Assembly (NCBI GenBank): GCA_963745015.1
Contig: CAVUVU010000004.1
Coordinates: 125,131 to 189,130 of the forward strand
DNA from: an uncultured Candidatus Rokubacteria bacterium
Lineage (GTDB): Bacteria; Methylomirabilota; Methylomirabilia; Rokubacteriales; DASRDR01
DNA length: 64,000 nt
Direction: 5' to 3'
Shown: positions 31,715-40,784 of the stretch, one piece after another
Numbering within the stretch: position 1 is the stretch's first letter
How the letters are laid out: each line of letters opens with the position of its first letter
Notes under the pieces: model-generated
Seen by the model: only the letters and a program-made list of their open reading frames with translations
Databases searched by the model: none
What the model was told of the DNA's origin: nothing
Translations under genes and position numbers: made by a program

Positions 31715-32769
31715 GGCCTGGCTCCTGCAGTCTCTCCGCCGAAGTGGTACGGCCCCCGGTAGATGCCGCGCTCGGTCACGATGGCGGTGATGAGCGCGGC
31801 GGGGGTGACGTCGAAGGCCGGGTTCCGGGCCGGGGAGTTCAGCGGCGTGATGCGCCGCCCGGCCAGCTCCTGGACCTCGCGGGGGTCCCGCTCCTCGATG
31901 GGAATGGCCGACCCGTCGGGGATTCCGGTGTCGATGGTCGAGAAGGGCGCGGCGACGTAGAACGGGATCCCGTGATGGCGCGCCAGGACCGCCACGCCGT
32001 ACGTCCCGATCTTGTTGGCGGTGTCCCCGTTCCGGGCGATCCGGTCGGCTCCCACCACCACGAGGTCCACCTCGCCGCGCGCCATGGTGGACGCCGCGGC
32101 GACGTCCGCGATGACCGCATGGGGGATTCCCTCGCGCGCCAGCTCCCAGGCGGTGAGCCGCGCCCCCTGCAGCACGGGCCGCGTCTCGTCGACCCAGACG
32201 AAGGGCCGCCGCCCCGCCTCCACCGCGCCGCGCACGATGCCGAGCGCCGTCCCGTAGCCGGCCGTCGCGAGGCCGCCGGCGTTGCAGTGCGTGAGGACCC
32301 GGGCACCCACCGGGACGAGCTCCGCGCCGTGCGCCCCGAGGCGCCGGTTCGCCGCCACGTCCTCCTCGAAGATGCGCTCCGCCTCGCCGACGAGGGCGGC
32401 GCGAAGCTCCGCGGGCGGCAAGGTCCGCCGGCTCTCCGCGTACCGCCGCATGCGGTCGAGCGCCCAGAAGAGGTTCACCGCCGTCGGGCGGGTCTGGGCG
32501 AGCCCCGTCAGGGCCGGCTCGAGATCCCGGAGCAGCGCGTCGCCATCGCGTGCCGGACTCCCGAGCCCCGCGAGAGCGACCCCGAACGCCGCCGCCACCC
32601 CGATCGCCGGCGCGCCGCGGACCGCCAGGGTGCGGATCGCGTCGGCCACCTCGGGCCACGTCCGGCAGTCCAGGTACACCTCTTCCCCGGGCAGACGGCG
32701 CTGGTCCAGCAGCACCAGCCGGTCCTGCTGCCAGCGGACGGGGAAGAACGCGAGCGGCGGCGCGGCCAC
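31711..32769 (-). CDS. mtnA: S-methyl-5-thioribose-1-phosphate isomerase (eIF-2B alpha/beta/delta family)
   Basis: 352 aa with family motifs (VRGAPAIGVAAAFG; THCNAGGLAT; NKIGTY). Confidence 0.85.
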   Translation of the reverse strand: MAAPPLAFFPVRWQQDRLVLLDQRRLPGEEVYLDCRTWPEVADAIRTLAVRGAPAIGVAAAFGVALAGLGSPARDGDALLRDLEPALTGLAQTRPTAVNLFWALDRMRRYAESRRTLPPAELRAALVGEAERIFEEDVAANRRLGAHGAELVPVGARVLTHCNAGGLATAGYGTALGIVRGAVEAGRRPFVWVDETRPVLQGARLTAWELAREGIPHAVIADVAAASTMARGEVDLVVVGADRIARNGDTANKIGTYGVAVLARHHGIPFYVAAPFSTIDTGIPDGSAIPIEERDPREVQELAGRRITPLNSPARNPAFDVTPAALITAIVTERGIYRGPYHFGGETAGARP

Positions 32770-33083
32770 TAGGCGGGGTGCGCGGCGGTGCGGGTCGACC
32801 CCGCGGCCCCGGGCGGCGCGAGCCGGGCGGCGGCCTCGTGGGGCGCGAGGCCCACGACCCGCACGATCTTGGTCCGGGCCGTCTGGCCGCGGACGATCTC
32901 GACCCGCGACCGGGCGCAGCGGAGCCGCTCGGCCAGGAGAGTCCGCACGGCCTCGTTGGCGGCCCCGTCCGCCGGCGGAGCGGCCACCCGCACGCGGAGG
33001 CGATCACCCTGCCATCCGGCGATCTCGTCGCGGCCGGCGCGCGGGCGCACCTCCACGGTCAGGCGGGTCTCAGGAAGCGGCAT
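32769..33083 (-). CDS. DUF167 (YggU-family) protein
   Basis: 104 aa; AAPPADGAANEAV motif typical of YggU. Confidence 0.7.
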   Translation of the reverse strand: MPLPETRLTVEVRPRAGRDEIAGWQGDRLRVRVAAPPADGAANEAVRTLLAERLRCARSRVEIVRGQTARTKIVRVVGLAPHEAAARLAPPGAAGSTRTAAHPA

Positions 33084-33537
33084 CGCCCTCCGCCAGCGCC
33101 TGCTCGGCGAGACGCTTGTGCGCGGCGAGCGTGCCCATGATCTCCTCGCCCAGCTGGCGCCGGAGCCGCCGGAGCGCGGTGACCTCGGCGGTGAGCTTGG
33201 CGTGCTCCTCCCGGACGTCCTGCATGGACTTCTCGGCCCGGAGGTGCGCCTCGCGAAGGATCAGCTCCGCCTCGCGCCGCGAGTTCTCCTTGAACTCCTC
33301 GGCGATCTTCTGGGTCGTGACGAGCGTGTCCTGGAGCGTCTTCTCCCGCCCCTCGACGCCCCGGGACTTCTCCTCGACGTGGACCAGCTGCTCCTTGAGG
33401 AGCGCGTTCTCCCGGGACAGCTCCTCGACGTCGTCGGCCATCTCCTCCAGGAACGCGTCGACCTCCTGGGGGTCGAATCCCCGGAAGAGCCGTACCGCGA
33501 ACTGCGCTTGGCGGATGTCGGTCGCGGTCATGCGCAT
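33070..33537 (-). CDS. divIVA: DivIVA-domain protein
   Basis: N-terminal DivIVA lipid-binding motif (MRMTATDIRQAQFAVRLFRGFDPQEVDAFLEE) plus coiled coil. Confidence 0.8.
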   Translation of the reverse strand: MRMTATDIRQAQFAVRLFRGFDPQEVDAFLEEMADDVEELSRENALLKEQLVHVEEKSRGVEGREKTLQDTLVTTQKIAEEFKENSRREAELILREAHLRAEKSMQDVREEHAKLTAEVTALRRLRRQLGEEIMGTLAAHKRLAEQALAEGDAAS

Positions 33538-33565
33538 CGAAGTCCCTCCTGAGCCTCCGCCGTCC

Positions 33566-33859
33566 TCACCCGAGCCGGTATGCCGTCTTCACGAGAACCG
33601 GGACGAGGAACCACTGGAGGAAGTAGATGCCGAGGATGACGACGAGGGGCGAGAAGTCGATCGACGAGGACGGAAGGCGGCGTCGGATCGGTCGGAGCAC
33701 GGGCTCGGTGACCTGGTGCAGGAATCGCACGATCGGGTTCCAGGGATCCGGGTTCACCCAGGACAGAAGGGCCCGGATCACGATGATCCACATGTACGCG
33801 TACAGGACGTAGTCGACGAGCTTCGCGACCGCCAGCAGGAGATCACCCAGGACGTACAC
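33566..33859 (-). CDS. yggT: YggT/Ycf19-family membrane protein
   Basis: 97 aa, two TM helices; motif IVIRALLSWVNPDPWNP. Confidence 0.75.
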   Translation of the reverse strand: MYVLGDLLLAVAKLVDYVLYAYMWIIVIRALLSWVNPDPWNPIVRFLHQVTEPVLRPIRRRLPSSSIDFSPLVVILGIYFLQWFLVPVLVKTAYRLG

Positions 33860-33866
33860 GGGGCGC

Positions 33867-34685
33867 CTACCGTCCCTGGCCCAGCTCGCGCGAGCGCTGG
33901 GTGGCCCGCTCGACGGCGTCGATCAGAGTCCGCCGCAGTCCCCCGATCTCCAGCGAGTGGATGCCGCTGATCGTGGTGCCCCCGGGAGAGCTGACCATGT
34001 CCTTCAGCTGCCCCGGGTGCATGCCGGTCTCGATCAGGAGCCGCGCGGAGCCGAGCACGGTCTGCATGGCCAGGGTCATGGCGGTCTTGCGATCCAGCCC
34101 GACCCTGACCCCCCCGTCCGCCAGCGCCTCGACGACCAGCGCGATGTACGCGGGGCCGGAGCCGGAGAGGCCCGTCACGGCGTCCATCATCTCCTCGTCC
34201 AGGATCACGACGCAGCCGACGGCCTCGAAGATCTCCCGGGCCGCGTCGAGATCGCCGTCCTCGAGCCCCGCCGCCCGCGCGATGGCGGTGGCGCCTTCCA
34301 GGACCAGGGCCGGCGTGTTCGGCATGACGCGGATCATGCGGGTGCCCGGAGGCAGATGGCGGCGGATCTCGCTGGTGGACACGCCGGCCGCCACCGAGAT
34401 CAGGAGCTTCCCGGGCGTGGCGGGCGCGATCTCGTCCAGCACCCCGCCGAGGATCTGGGGCTTGACGGCCAGGATGACGACGTCCGCCCGGCGCACGAGC
34501 GCGGCATTGTCCGGGACGACGACGACGCCGTAGAGCCGCTTCATCTCCTCGAGCCGGTCGGGCCGGACGTCCGCCATGAGGAGGTGCCCCGCCGGCATGA
34601 ACCCCGTCTTGGTGAGGCCCCGGACGAGGGCCTCGCCCATGTTGCCCCCGCCCACGAACCCCACCCGCTTGTCTCGGACCGACAT
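33867..34685 (-). CDS. proC: Pyrroline-5-carboxylate reductase
   Basis: 272 aa; Rossmann motif (GFVGGGNMGEAL) and ProC C-terminal dimerisation domain. Confidence 0.9.
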   Translation of the reverse strand: MSVRDKRVGFVGGGNMGEALVRGLTKTGFMPAGHLLMADVRPDRLEEMKRLYGVVVVPDNAALVRRADVVILAVKPQILGGVLDEIAPATPGKLLISVAAGVSTSEIRRHLPPGTRMIRVMPNTPALVLEGATAIARAAGLEDGDLDAAREIFEAVGCVVILDEEMMDAVTGLSGSGPAYIALVVEALADGGVRVGLDRKTAMTLAMQTVLGSARLLIETGMHPGQLKDMVSSPGGTTISGIHSLEIGGLRRTLIDAVERATQRSRELGQGR

Positions 34686-34735
34686 GGTCAGTCCTCGCGA
34701 CCGAGCGCGACGCCAGAGCGCCAGGCGTCCACGGC

Positions 34736-35432
34736 TCAGCCTCCCCGGGGCCCGAAGATCGCGGTCCCCACCCGCACGATCGTCGCGCCCTCCTCGATGG
34801 CCACCTCGAAGTCGCCGCTCATCCCCATCGACAGCTCGGCGAGCTCGGCGCCGAGCCCCCAGCCCCTCGCGTCGTCGAGCAGCTTCCGCATCGTCCGGTA
34901 GTACGGCCGGGAGTCCTCGGGGTCGCGGGGCAAGGGCGGGATCGCCATGAGCCCGCGCAGCCGCAGCCCGGGGAGCGCCGCCATGGCCTCCAGCGCCGGC
35001 CGGAGCTCCGCGGCCGGGACGCCGCCCTTCTGCTCCTCCTCGCCGACGTTGATCTGGACCAGCACGTCGACCCGGCGGCCGGCCTCGGTCGCCCGGCGCG
35101 AGATCGCCTCGGCCAGCGGAAGCCGGTCGACCGAGCTGGATCAGGTCGAAGCACTCGAGGGCGTCCTTGACCTTGTTGGTCTGGAGGTGCCCGATCAGGT
35201 GCCACGGCCGCGGCCGGCCGATGGCCGCGATCTTCTCGCGAGCCTCCTGCACACGGTTCTCGCCGAGCGCCGGCACGCCGGCCTCGATCGCGGCCCGTAC
35301 CCGCTCCACCTCGATCGTCTTGGACACCGCCACCAGGAGCACGGCGTCCTCACGGCGCCCGGCCCGGCGCGCCGCGTCGGCGATCCGCTCCTGCACGGCT
35401 GCGAGATTCGCTCGGAGGTCGATCTCGGTCAT
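34736..35432 (-). CDS. yggS: YggS/PLPHP-family pyridoxal-phosphate homeostasis protein, apparent frameshift near 35120
   Basis: N-terminus (AVSKTIEVERVRAAIEAGVPALGENRVQE; WHLIGHLQTNK) is in the frame of ORF 33867..35501. C-terminus is in ORF 34736..35065. Confidence 0.8.
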
Positions 35433-35583
35433 GCGCGTCGATATTGTAGCCACTTCGCCGGGTGGACGCCATGCTCCGAATGGGGCATGGCCGGCACCCA
35501 CCGGAGGCGGCGCCCCCTGGACGCGGGGCAGGAAGAGCGGTTGCGCCGGTGACCCGCGTGCGCTAAGGATGTGAGCGTCGCCA

Positions 35584-36408
35584 ATGATGGAGGGCGTGGT
35601 CTACCTCGTCGGGAGCTTCTGGCTCGGCGCCGTTCACGCGGCGACCCCCGGCCACGGGAAGACCATCGCCGCTGCCTACATCGTCGGTGCGCGAGGGCGC
35701 CCCGCCGACGCGTTCGCCCTGGGCGTGTTCGTCACGCTGTCTCACACGTTCGGGATCGTTCTCGTCGCGGTCGTGGCCTCGCTTGGGGCGGCCTGGGCGG
35801 TGCCGGCCCGGGTGGAGGCCTACCTGGCCCTCACGACGGGGCTCCTCGTGGTCGGGATTGGGCTGTGGATGCTCCGCGGCCAGTGGGCGGCTCTCTCCTC
35901 TCCGCGCCCGGAGTCGGCCGACGACGCCGCGTCGGCGCACACCCACGCGCACGAGACGTCGCCGGAACACGAGCACGAACACGAGCATGAGCACCCGCAC
36001 CACCACACGCATGACCCCGCCGTCGGCTTTCACCGCCACGGGTTCGGCCGCGCGCACACCCACGACCTCGACCTCGTCACGCAGGGCCGGCCGAGCTGGG
36101 CGATCCTGCTCGGGCTCGGCGTGGCCGGCGGGCTCCTCCCGGATCCCGGCGCGCTGGCCATCCTCCTCGCCGCGCTCGCGAGCGGGAAGGTCGTCCTCGG
36201 CCTTCTCACCGTGCTCGTCTTCAGCCTCGGGTTCGCGTCCGTCCTCGTTCTGGTCGGCATCATCGCAGCCCGGGTCGGTCGGCTCGTCCTCACCTGGCTG
36301 GAGAGTCGCTGGATCCTCTGGCTCCAGCTGGGTACCGGGCTCGTGATTCTCGCCGTCGGCATCCTCCTGACGGTCAACGCCGGGCGAGCGCTGGCGGCTC
36401 TCGGCTGA
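35584..36408 (+). CDS. rcnA: Nickel/cobalt efflux transporter (RcnA / NicO family)
   Basis: 274 aa, 6 TM; HAATPGHGK motif; His-rich loop (HTHAHETSPEHEHEHEHEHPHHHTHD). Confidence 0.8.
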   Translation: MMEGVVYLVGSFWLGAVHAATPGHGKTIAAAYIVGARGRPADAFALGVFVTLSHTFGIVLVAVVASLGAAWAVPARVEAYLALTTGLLVVGIGLWMLRGQWAALSSPRPESADDAASAHTHAHETSPEHEHEHEHEHPHHHTHDPAVGFHRHGFGRAHTHDLDLVTQGRPSWAILLGLGVAGGLLPDPGALAILLAALASGKVVLGLLTVLVFSLGFASVLVLVGIIAARVGRLVLTWLESRWILWLQLGTGLVILAVGILLTVNAGRALAALG

Positions 36409-36684
36409 CCGGCGCCGGTCGGCCCGCGGAGGGCCTGGCCATGCCGTCCGTCTCGCCCCGCGAGGTATAAGCCTTCCGATCAGGGCCGCGAAGGCGAGCG
36501 CGGCGACGCCAGCAGGACGAACGGAAGCAACCTGCGCGAGCCACCGCCCGAGGAGACTCGCTCCTCCACGAAGGCGAGCAGACCGAGCAGCACGAAGGGG
36601 AGCGACTGGACGACGGTGCGGACGAAGACGACAGTCAGCTCGTCAGCCGCCCCGGCCGAATGAGGGTCTGCAGGACCGGATCCG

Positions 36685-37695
36685 CTACCGGCCGCCGGCT
36701 CGCTCGGCGGACAGGCGGCCGAGCCAGCCGGAGAGGTCCGTGTACCACACGTTGCCGGCCGCGTCGACGGCGACGCCAAAGGGCCGAGCATCTCGCCGGG
36801 GAAGCGGGAAGCCCGTCACCACCCCGTCACGGAGTCGGCCGAGACGATGGGCTCGGAGCTCGGTGAACCACACGGCGCCGTCGGGCGCGACGGCGAGGGC
36901 CGTGAGTCCCGGGGACACGCCAGGGACCGGAAACTCGCTGAAGCGCCCGTCAGCGTAGCGCCCGATCTTGTTCGCGCGCATCTCCAGGAACCACACGGCG
37001 CCGCGGGAATCCACGGCCACGTCGCCCGGCTGACTGCCCCGGGTCGGCACCTCCAGCTCGATCGCGGGCCCAGCGGGGGGGAGACGCACGAGCCGGTTCG
37101 CCGCCGGGATGGTCCCCCAGACCGTGCCGTCGGGGCCGACGGCCACGCCGAACGGGGCCGCGCCGAGCGAGCCCACCTCGTGCGGCGTGAACACGCCGTC
37201 CTTCAAGCGCGTGAGGCTGAAGGCGGTCTCCTCGGCGAACCACACGGCACCGTCGGGCGCGATGGCGAGACGGGCCAGCTTCACGACGGGTGTGGACAGG
37301 GCAAACGCGGTGATGGCTCCGTCCGGGGTCACGCGCCCGACCATCCGCTGGGGACCGTCGGTGTACCAGGCCGTCCCTCCGGCATCGACCGCCAGCCCGA
37401 GCGGCTCGAAGTTCGGCTTGCCCTTGTGGATCCGCTCGATGCGCCCGTTGCGGAGCATGCCGATCGCGTCGGAGAACTCGATCGTGAACCACACCGTCCC
37501 GTCGGGCCCGATCGCGACCGCCGTCGGGATGTCCGTCCGCGCCAGCATCCGGTATTCGGTGAACCCGCGCGCCACCCAGGCGCCCCGGAGCCAGAATGCG
37601 GCCCCGAAGGCCACGCCGAGGACGGCCGCCACGGCGAGCGCACGGAGCCAGCGGCGCCGCGGGGCCGGGGCAATGCCCGCACCCGGAGCCGTCAT
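36685..37695 (-). CDS. Vgb-family (virginiamycin-B-lyase-like) beta-propeller protein with N-terminal membrane anchor
   Basis: 336 aa; repeated GPDGTVW / PDGAVWF blades. ATG overlaps the stop of the upstream BNR gene (ATGA). Confidence 0.65.
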   Translation of the reverse strand: MTAPGAGIAPAPRRRWLRALAVAAVLGVAFGAAFWLRGAWVARGFTEYRMLARTDIPTAVAIGPDGTVWFTIEFSDAIGMLRNGRIERIHKGKPNFEPLGLAVDAGGTAWYTDGPQRMVGRVTPDGAITAFALSTPVVKLARLAIAPDGAVWFAEETAFSLTRLKDGVFTPHEVGSLGAAPFGVAVGPDGTVWGTIPAANRLVRLPPAGPAIELEVPTRGSQPGDVAVDSRGAVWFLEMRANKIGRYADGRFSEFPVPGVSPGLTALAVAPDGAVWFTELRAHRLGRLRDGVVTGFPLPRRDARPFGVAVDAAGNVWYTDLSGWLGRLSAERAGGR

Positions 37696-38990
37696 TCGGC
37701 GTCCGACGTGTCGCCCGGTCGGGGCCGTCGGGCGGAATGCGCCAAGGATCCCGCTTCCGCCTGCCGGGACGGGCCACCCGAGCGGTCGTAGCGGGCGATC
37801 GCGCGAAGAGCCGCCGCACCCGAGAGGGCCAGCAGGAGCAGGAAGGCGGCGCCCCCCGCGAGGCCCATGGGACCGATCCGTGCCAGAGACGTGCGCCGCT
37901 CGGCCGCGAGGCGCCAGAGCTCGAGATACGGGACCAGCGCGAAGCCGGCGTAGAGGGTCGCGCGCTCGCCCGGGTCGCGGACGAGGGGCCACGCCTCGAG
38001 GTGGGCCGGCAGGGTGTCGGCCATCAAGGTCCAGCTCCCGGCCGAGTCGACGCGGTAGAGCCCGCGGTCCGTCGTGAGAACCAGCGCGGTGCCCTTCTCG
38101 GCGACGGCCAAGGCCCGGATCGAGAGGGCCGGCTGGCCAGGGTCCCGGCTCCAGACTTCCCAGGACTCGCCTCGGTCGTCGCTTCGGTACACCCCGCCCG
38201 TCCCACCCGCCCACAGCCGCGCCGGATCCCCGGGCTCGAGCGCCACGGTCTCGAGGCGGGCGCCCGGGATCCCGAGGTCCCGAGCGCGCCATGTCACGCC
38301 GGCGTCGGTGCTCGACCAGAGCCGGCCGCCGGCCACGACGTAGACATGGTCGGGGGATGCGGCCACGGGCGCGACGGCGGAGACGGGATCCTGCGGAATC
38401 CCCGCGGTGATGTCGGTCCACGTGGCCCCGCCGTCGTCGCTCCGGTGGAGTCCGCGCCAGCCCGCGAGGTAGAGCCGCTCGGGCCCCGCCGCCACGAGGG
38501 CCCGCGCCGGCGCCGCCCCGGCGGGCGCGGGCGTCTTGCGCCACGCCAGTCCGTCCGTCGTCCGGAAGAGATCGGTCCCCGTGGACACCAGGGCATGCCG
38601 ACCGTCCCCGCCGAGCGCCACCGCGAACACGGCCCCGACGAGGACGGAGGCCGCCTCGAGAGTCCAGTCGAGACCGCCGTTCCGCGAGCGCAGGAGGCCG
38701 CTGTCCGTGGCGAGCAGAAGGTGGGTCGAGTCGGTGGGGTCCACGGCCAGACCGATCGCCCCGCTGACGATCCGGCCCGGGTTGGCCGGAAGCCACGTGG
38801 CACCCGCGTCGCGGGAGCGGAAGAGGCCGCCGTAGGCACTCGGGTCATGGCACGAGACTTCGCGCGCGGACTGGATGATGACGAGCGCCGCCAGCGAGGC
38901 GAGGAAGGACCGGAGCACCCGGGATCTGGCCACTACCAGGTCTTCAGCGACGCACGCAGCCCGAGACGGCCGACGGGGAGGAGCGGCCAC
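37692..38990 (-). CDS. BNR/Asp-box repeat beta-propeller protein (Ycf48-like) with C-terminal TM segment
   Basis: Six S/T-x-D-x-G-x-T/S-W repeats (RSRDAGATW, RSRNGGLDW, RSDDGGATW, SSTDAGVTW, RSDDRGESW...). C-terminal hydrophobic helix. Start uncertain (M at 38990, or an internal V). Confidence 0.65.
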   Translation of the reverse strand: MAAPPRRPSRAACVAEDLVVARSRVLRSFLASLAALVIIQSAREVSCHDPSAYGGLFRSRDAGATWLPANPGRIVSGAIGLAVDPTDSTHLLLATDSGLLRSRNGGLDWTLEAASVLVGAVFAVALGGDGRHALVSTGTDLFRTTDGLAWRKTPAPAGAAPARALVAAGPERLYLAGWRGLHRSDDGGATWTDITAGIPQDPVSAVAPVAASPDHVYVVAGGRLWSSTDAGVTWRARDLGIPGARLETVALEPGDPARLWAGGTGGVYRSDDRGESWEVWSRDPGQPALSIRALAVAEKGTALVLTTDRGLYRVDSAGSWTLMADTLPAHLEAWPLVRDPGERATLYAGFALVPYLELWRLAAERRTSLARIGPMGLAGGAAFLLLLALSGAAALRAIARYDRSGGPSRQAEAGSLAHSARRPRPGDTSDAE

Positions 38991-39033
38991 TCACCGGGAT
39001 GGCCGCTCCCCTCCGACGAGCTCTGCGATCCGG

Positions 39034-40026
39034 TTACGGCTTGCGGGTCTGCTCCCCCGGCGCCAGGGTGACCTCCGCCAGGCGCGAGTCGTTCGGTCCC
39101 ACCCACCAGTTCTTCGTGAGGGGATACTTGTCCGAGTAGGAGAGCGGCTCGTGGGCGGCCACGCAGTTCTCGAACCCGCCCGTGACCTTGTAGCACTTCT
39201 CGTAGGCGAGGAACTGCTGGACCGTGTCGGTCTGCTGCGGATTGGCGATCATCCAGTCGCGGATGCCCTCCCACGAGGAGTAGACGTCGCTGCCGAACAT
39301 GAGCTTGCCCATCGCCGTCGGCACCTCGAGGAGCTGGGAGCCCGCCGTGTGGGCGCGATGGGCGGGGTGGATGACGATGCCCGGCGCGATCTCCATCATC
39401 CCGTCGACGATGACGGCCTTGCCGCTCAGGACCTTGCCGTAGATCTCCTGCATCGTGAGCGGCTCGAAGCCGCAGGCCGGGGACCGCATGCAGCCGCCCG
39501 GCGTGACGTTCACCGCGGAGATCTTCGGGTGACCCTGGTAGTTGAGGGCCCACTCGATCCCCGCCAGCTCGGCCTTCTGGACGTAGAGGACCGCGTTGGG
39601 GAAGTCCATGATCGACCCCGCGTGGTCCCAGTGGCCGTGGCCGATGACGATCTTGGTCACGTCGCCGGGCTGGATGCCCAGGAGCTTCAGCTGGTCGGGG
39701 AGCGGCGCCCAGTTGACGCTGCCCGTCATCTTCAGGTAGTCCTGCTGCTTCCAGCCGGTGTCGTAGAGGATGATGTCGTTCCCGCCCTTGATGACACCGA
39801 CGTTGACGGGCAGCTGGAAGAAGACCTGGTTGTTCAGCGGGTTCGTGCTTCCGGGAACGAAGACACGGTCCGGCATGAACGCCCCGGCCGGCACGTCCTT
39901 GAACACGCTGTTCCGGACGAGCCACACCGAGTACACGGGCCCCTGGGCGGGGATGGTCGGCGCGCTCAGGGAGACCGTGAGGGCGAGCATTGCGACCACC
40001 GCGAGGATTCGCGTCACTCTCGTCAT
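39034..40026 (-). CDS. Secreted MBL-fold metallo-hydrolase (lactonase-like)
   Basis: Signal peptide (ILAVVAMLALTVSLSAPTIPAQG) and HxHxDH motif (IGHGHWDHAG). Confidence 0.75.
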   Translation of the reverse strand: MTRVTRILAVVAMLALTVSLSAPTIPAQGPVYSVWLVRNSVFKDVPAGAFMPDRVFVPGSTNPLNNQVFFQLPVNVGVIKGGNDIILYDTGWKQQDYLKMTGSVNWAPLPDQLKLLGIQPGDVTKIVIGHGHWDHAGSIMDFPNAVLYVQKAELAGIEWALNYQGHPKISAVNVTPGGCMRSPACGFEPLTMQEIYGKVLSGKAVIVDGMMEIAPGIVIHPAHRAHTAGSQLLEVPTAMGKLMFGSDVYSSWEGIRDWMIANPQQTDTVQQFLAYEKCYKVTGGFENCVAAHEPLSYSDKYPLTKNWWVGPNDSRLAEVTLAPGEQTRKP

Positions 40027-40101
40027 CCGTCATTCCCCTTTGGCTGGCCCGTGCGCCATGCCAGACCGGAGGCCATCGTGGTCCGCGGCCGGTTCTCCCG
40101 A

Positions 40102-40659
40102 TCAGTTCGGAACGTATTCACCCGGCCAGAGCGTCTGCCCCACGACGAGCAGCTTCCGGCTGGCCTCCTGGCTGAGCGGCAGCGCCGCGACCAGGTGATC
40201 ATCGCGGCTGTCCTCCGCCGTCTTGAGCATTTCGGTGGTCGACTCCCGGTAAAGGCGGAGCGCATCGAGGTACTCACGGTGGGCAGCCCGCAGCGAGTCC
40301 GGAGGGTCGAGGGCCCGCGCCCGGGCCTCGGCTCGCTGGTAGGTCCCGGCGACCGCCTGGAGCCGGGCTCGCAGCTCCGCGCGGTCGATATCACCGATCT
40401 TGTAGTTCAGCCCGCCCATCGTCATCCGGAACGAGCCCCCCTTGACTTCCTCGTGGACCGACCACAGCGCACGCGCATAGGTCTCTTCGGCGGCGGTGAA
40501 GGCCGGGCGCGGTGCCGTCGTGACCGAAGAAGGTGCGCTGGGGGCGGCCGGGCGACTCGTCGTCGTCGCTTCCCGCACGGCGGCGAAGGTCAGGACGCCC
40601 GCGAGGCCGAGCGCGACGAGGCCAAGGAGCACGAGCTTCACGGTGGATCGCCGTGGCAT
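40102..40659 (-). CDS. Hypothetical membrane-anchored/lipoprotein-like protein
   Basis: 185 aa; N-terminal hydrophobic helix, then a soluble domain without a recognisable motif. TTGACA-17-AATACT promoter-like element ends ~10 nt upstream of the ATG. Confidence 0.45.
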   Translation of the reverse strand: MPRRSTVKLVLLGLVALGLAGVLTFAAVREATTTSRPAAPSAPSSVTTAPRPAFTAAEETYARALWSVHEEVKGGSFRMTMGGLNYKIGDIDRAELRARLQAVAGTYQRAEARARALDPPDSLRAAHREYLDALRLYRESTTEMLKTAEDSRDDHLVAALPLSQEASRKLLVVGQTLWPGEYVPN

Positions 40660-40784
40660 CGCAGCAGAAGTATTGCGGAGCCGGGCGGGGGCTGTCAAGG
40701 CAGCCTCGTGCCCGGCGCCAGCGCCTTCGCGGGCCCCGACGCGCGGCGCGCGGGCGGACAGCGCTCTCCTGAACTGGCCCCCGC

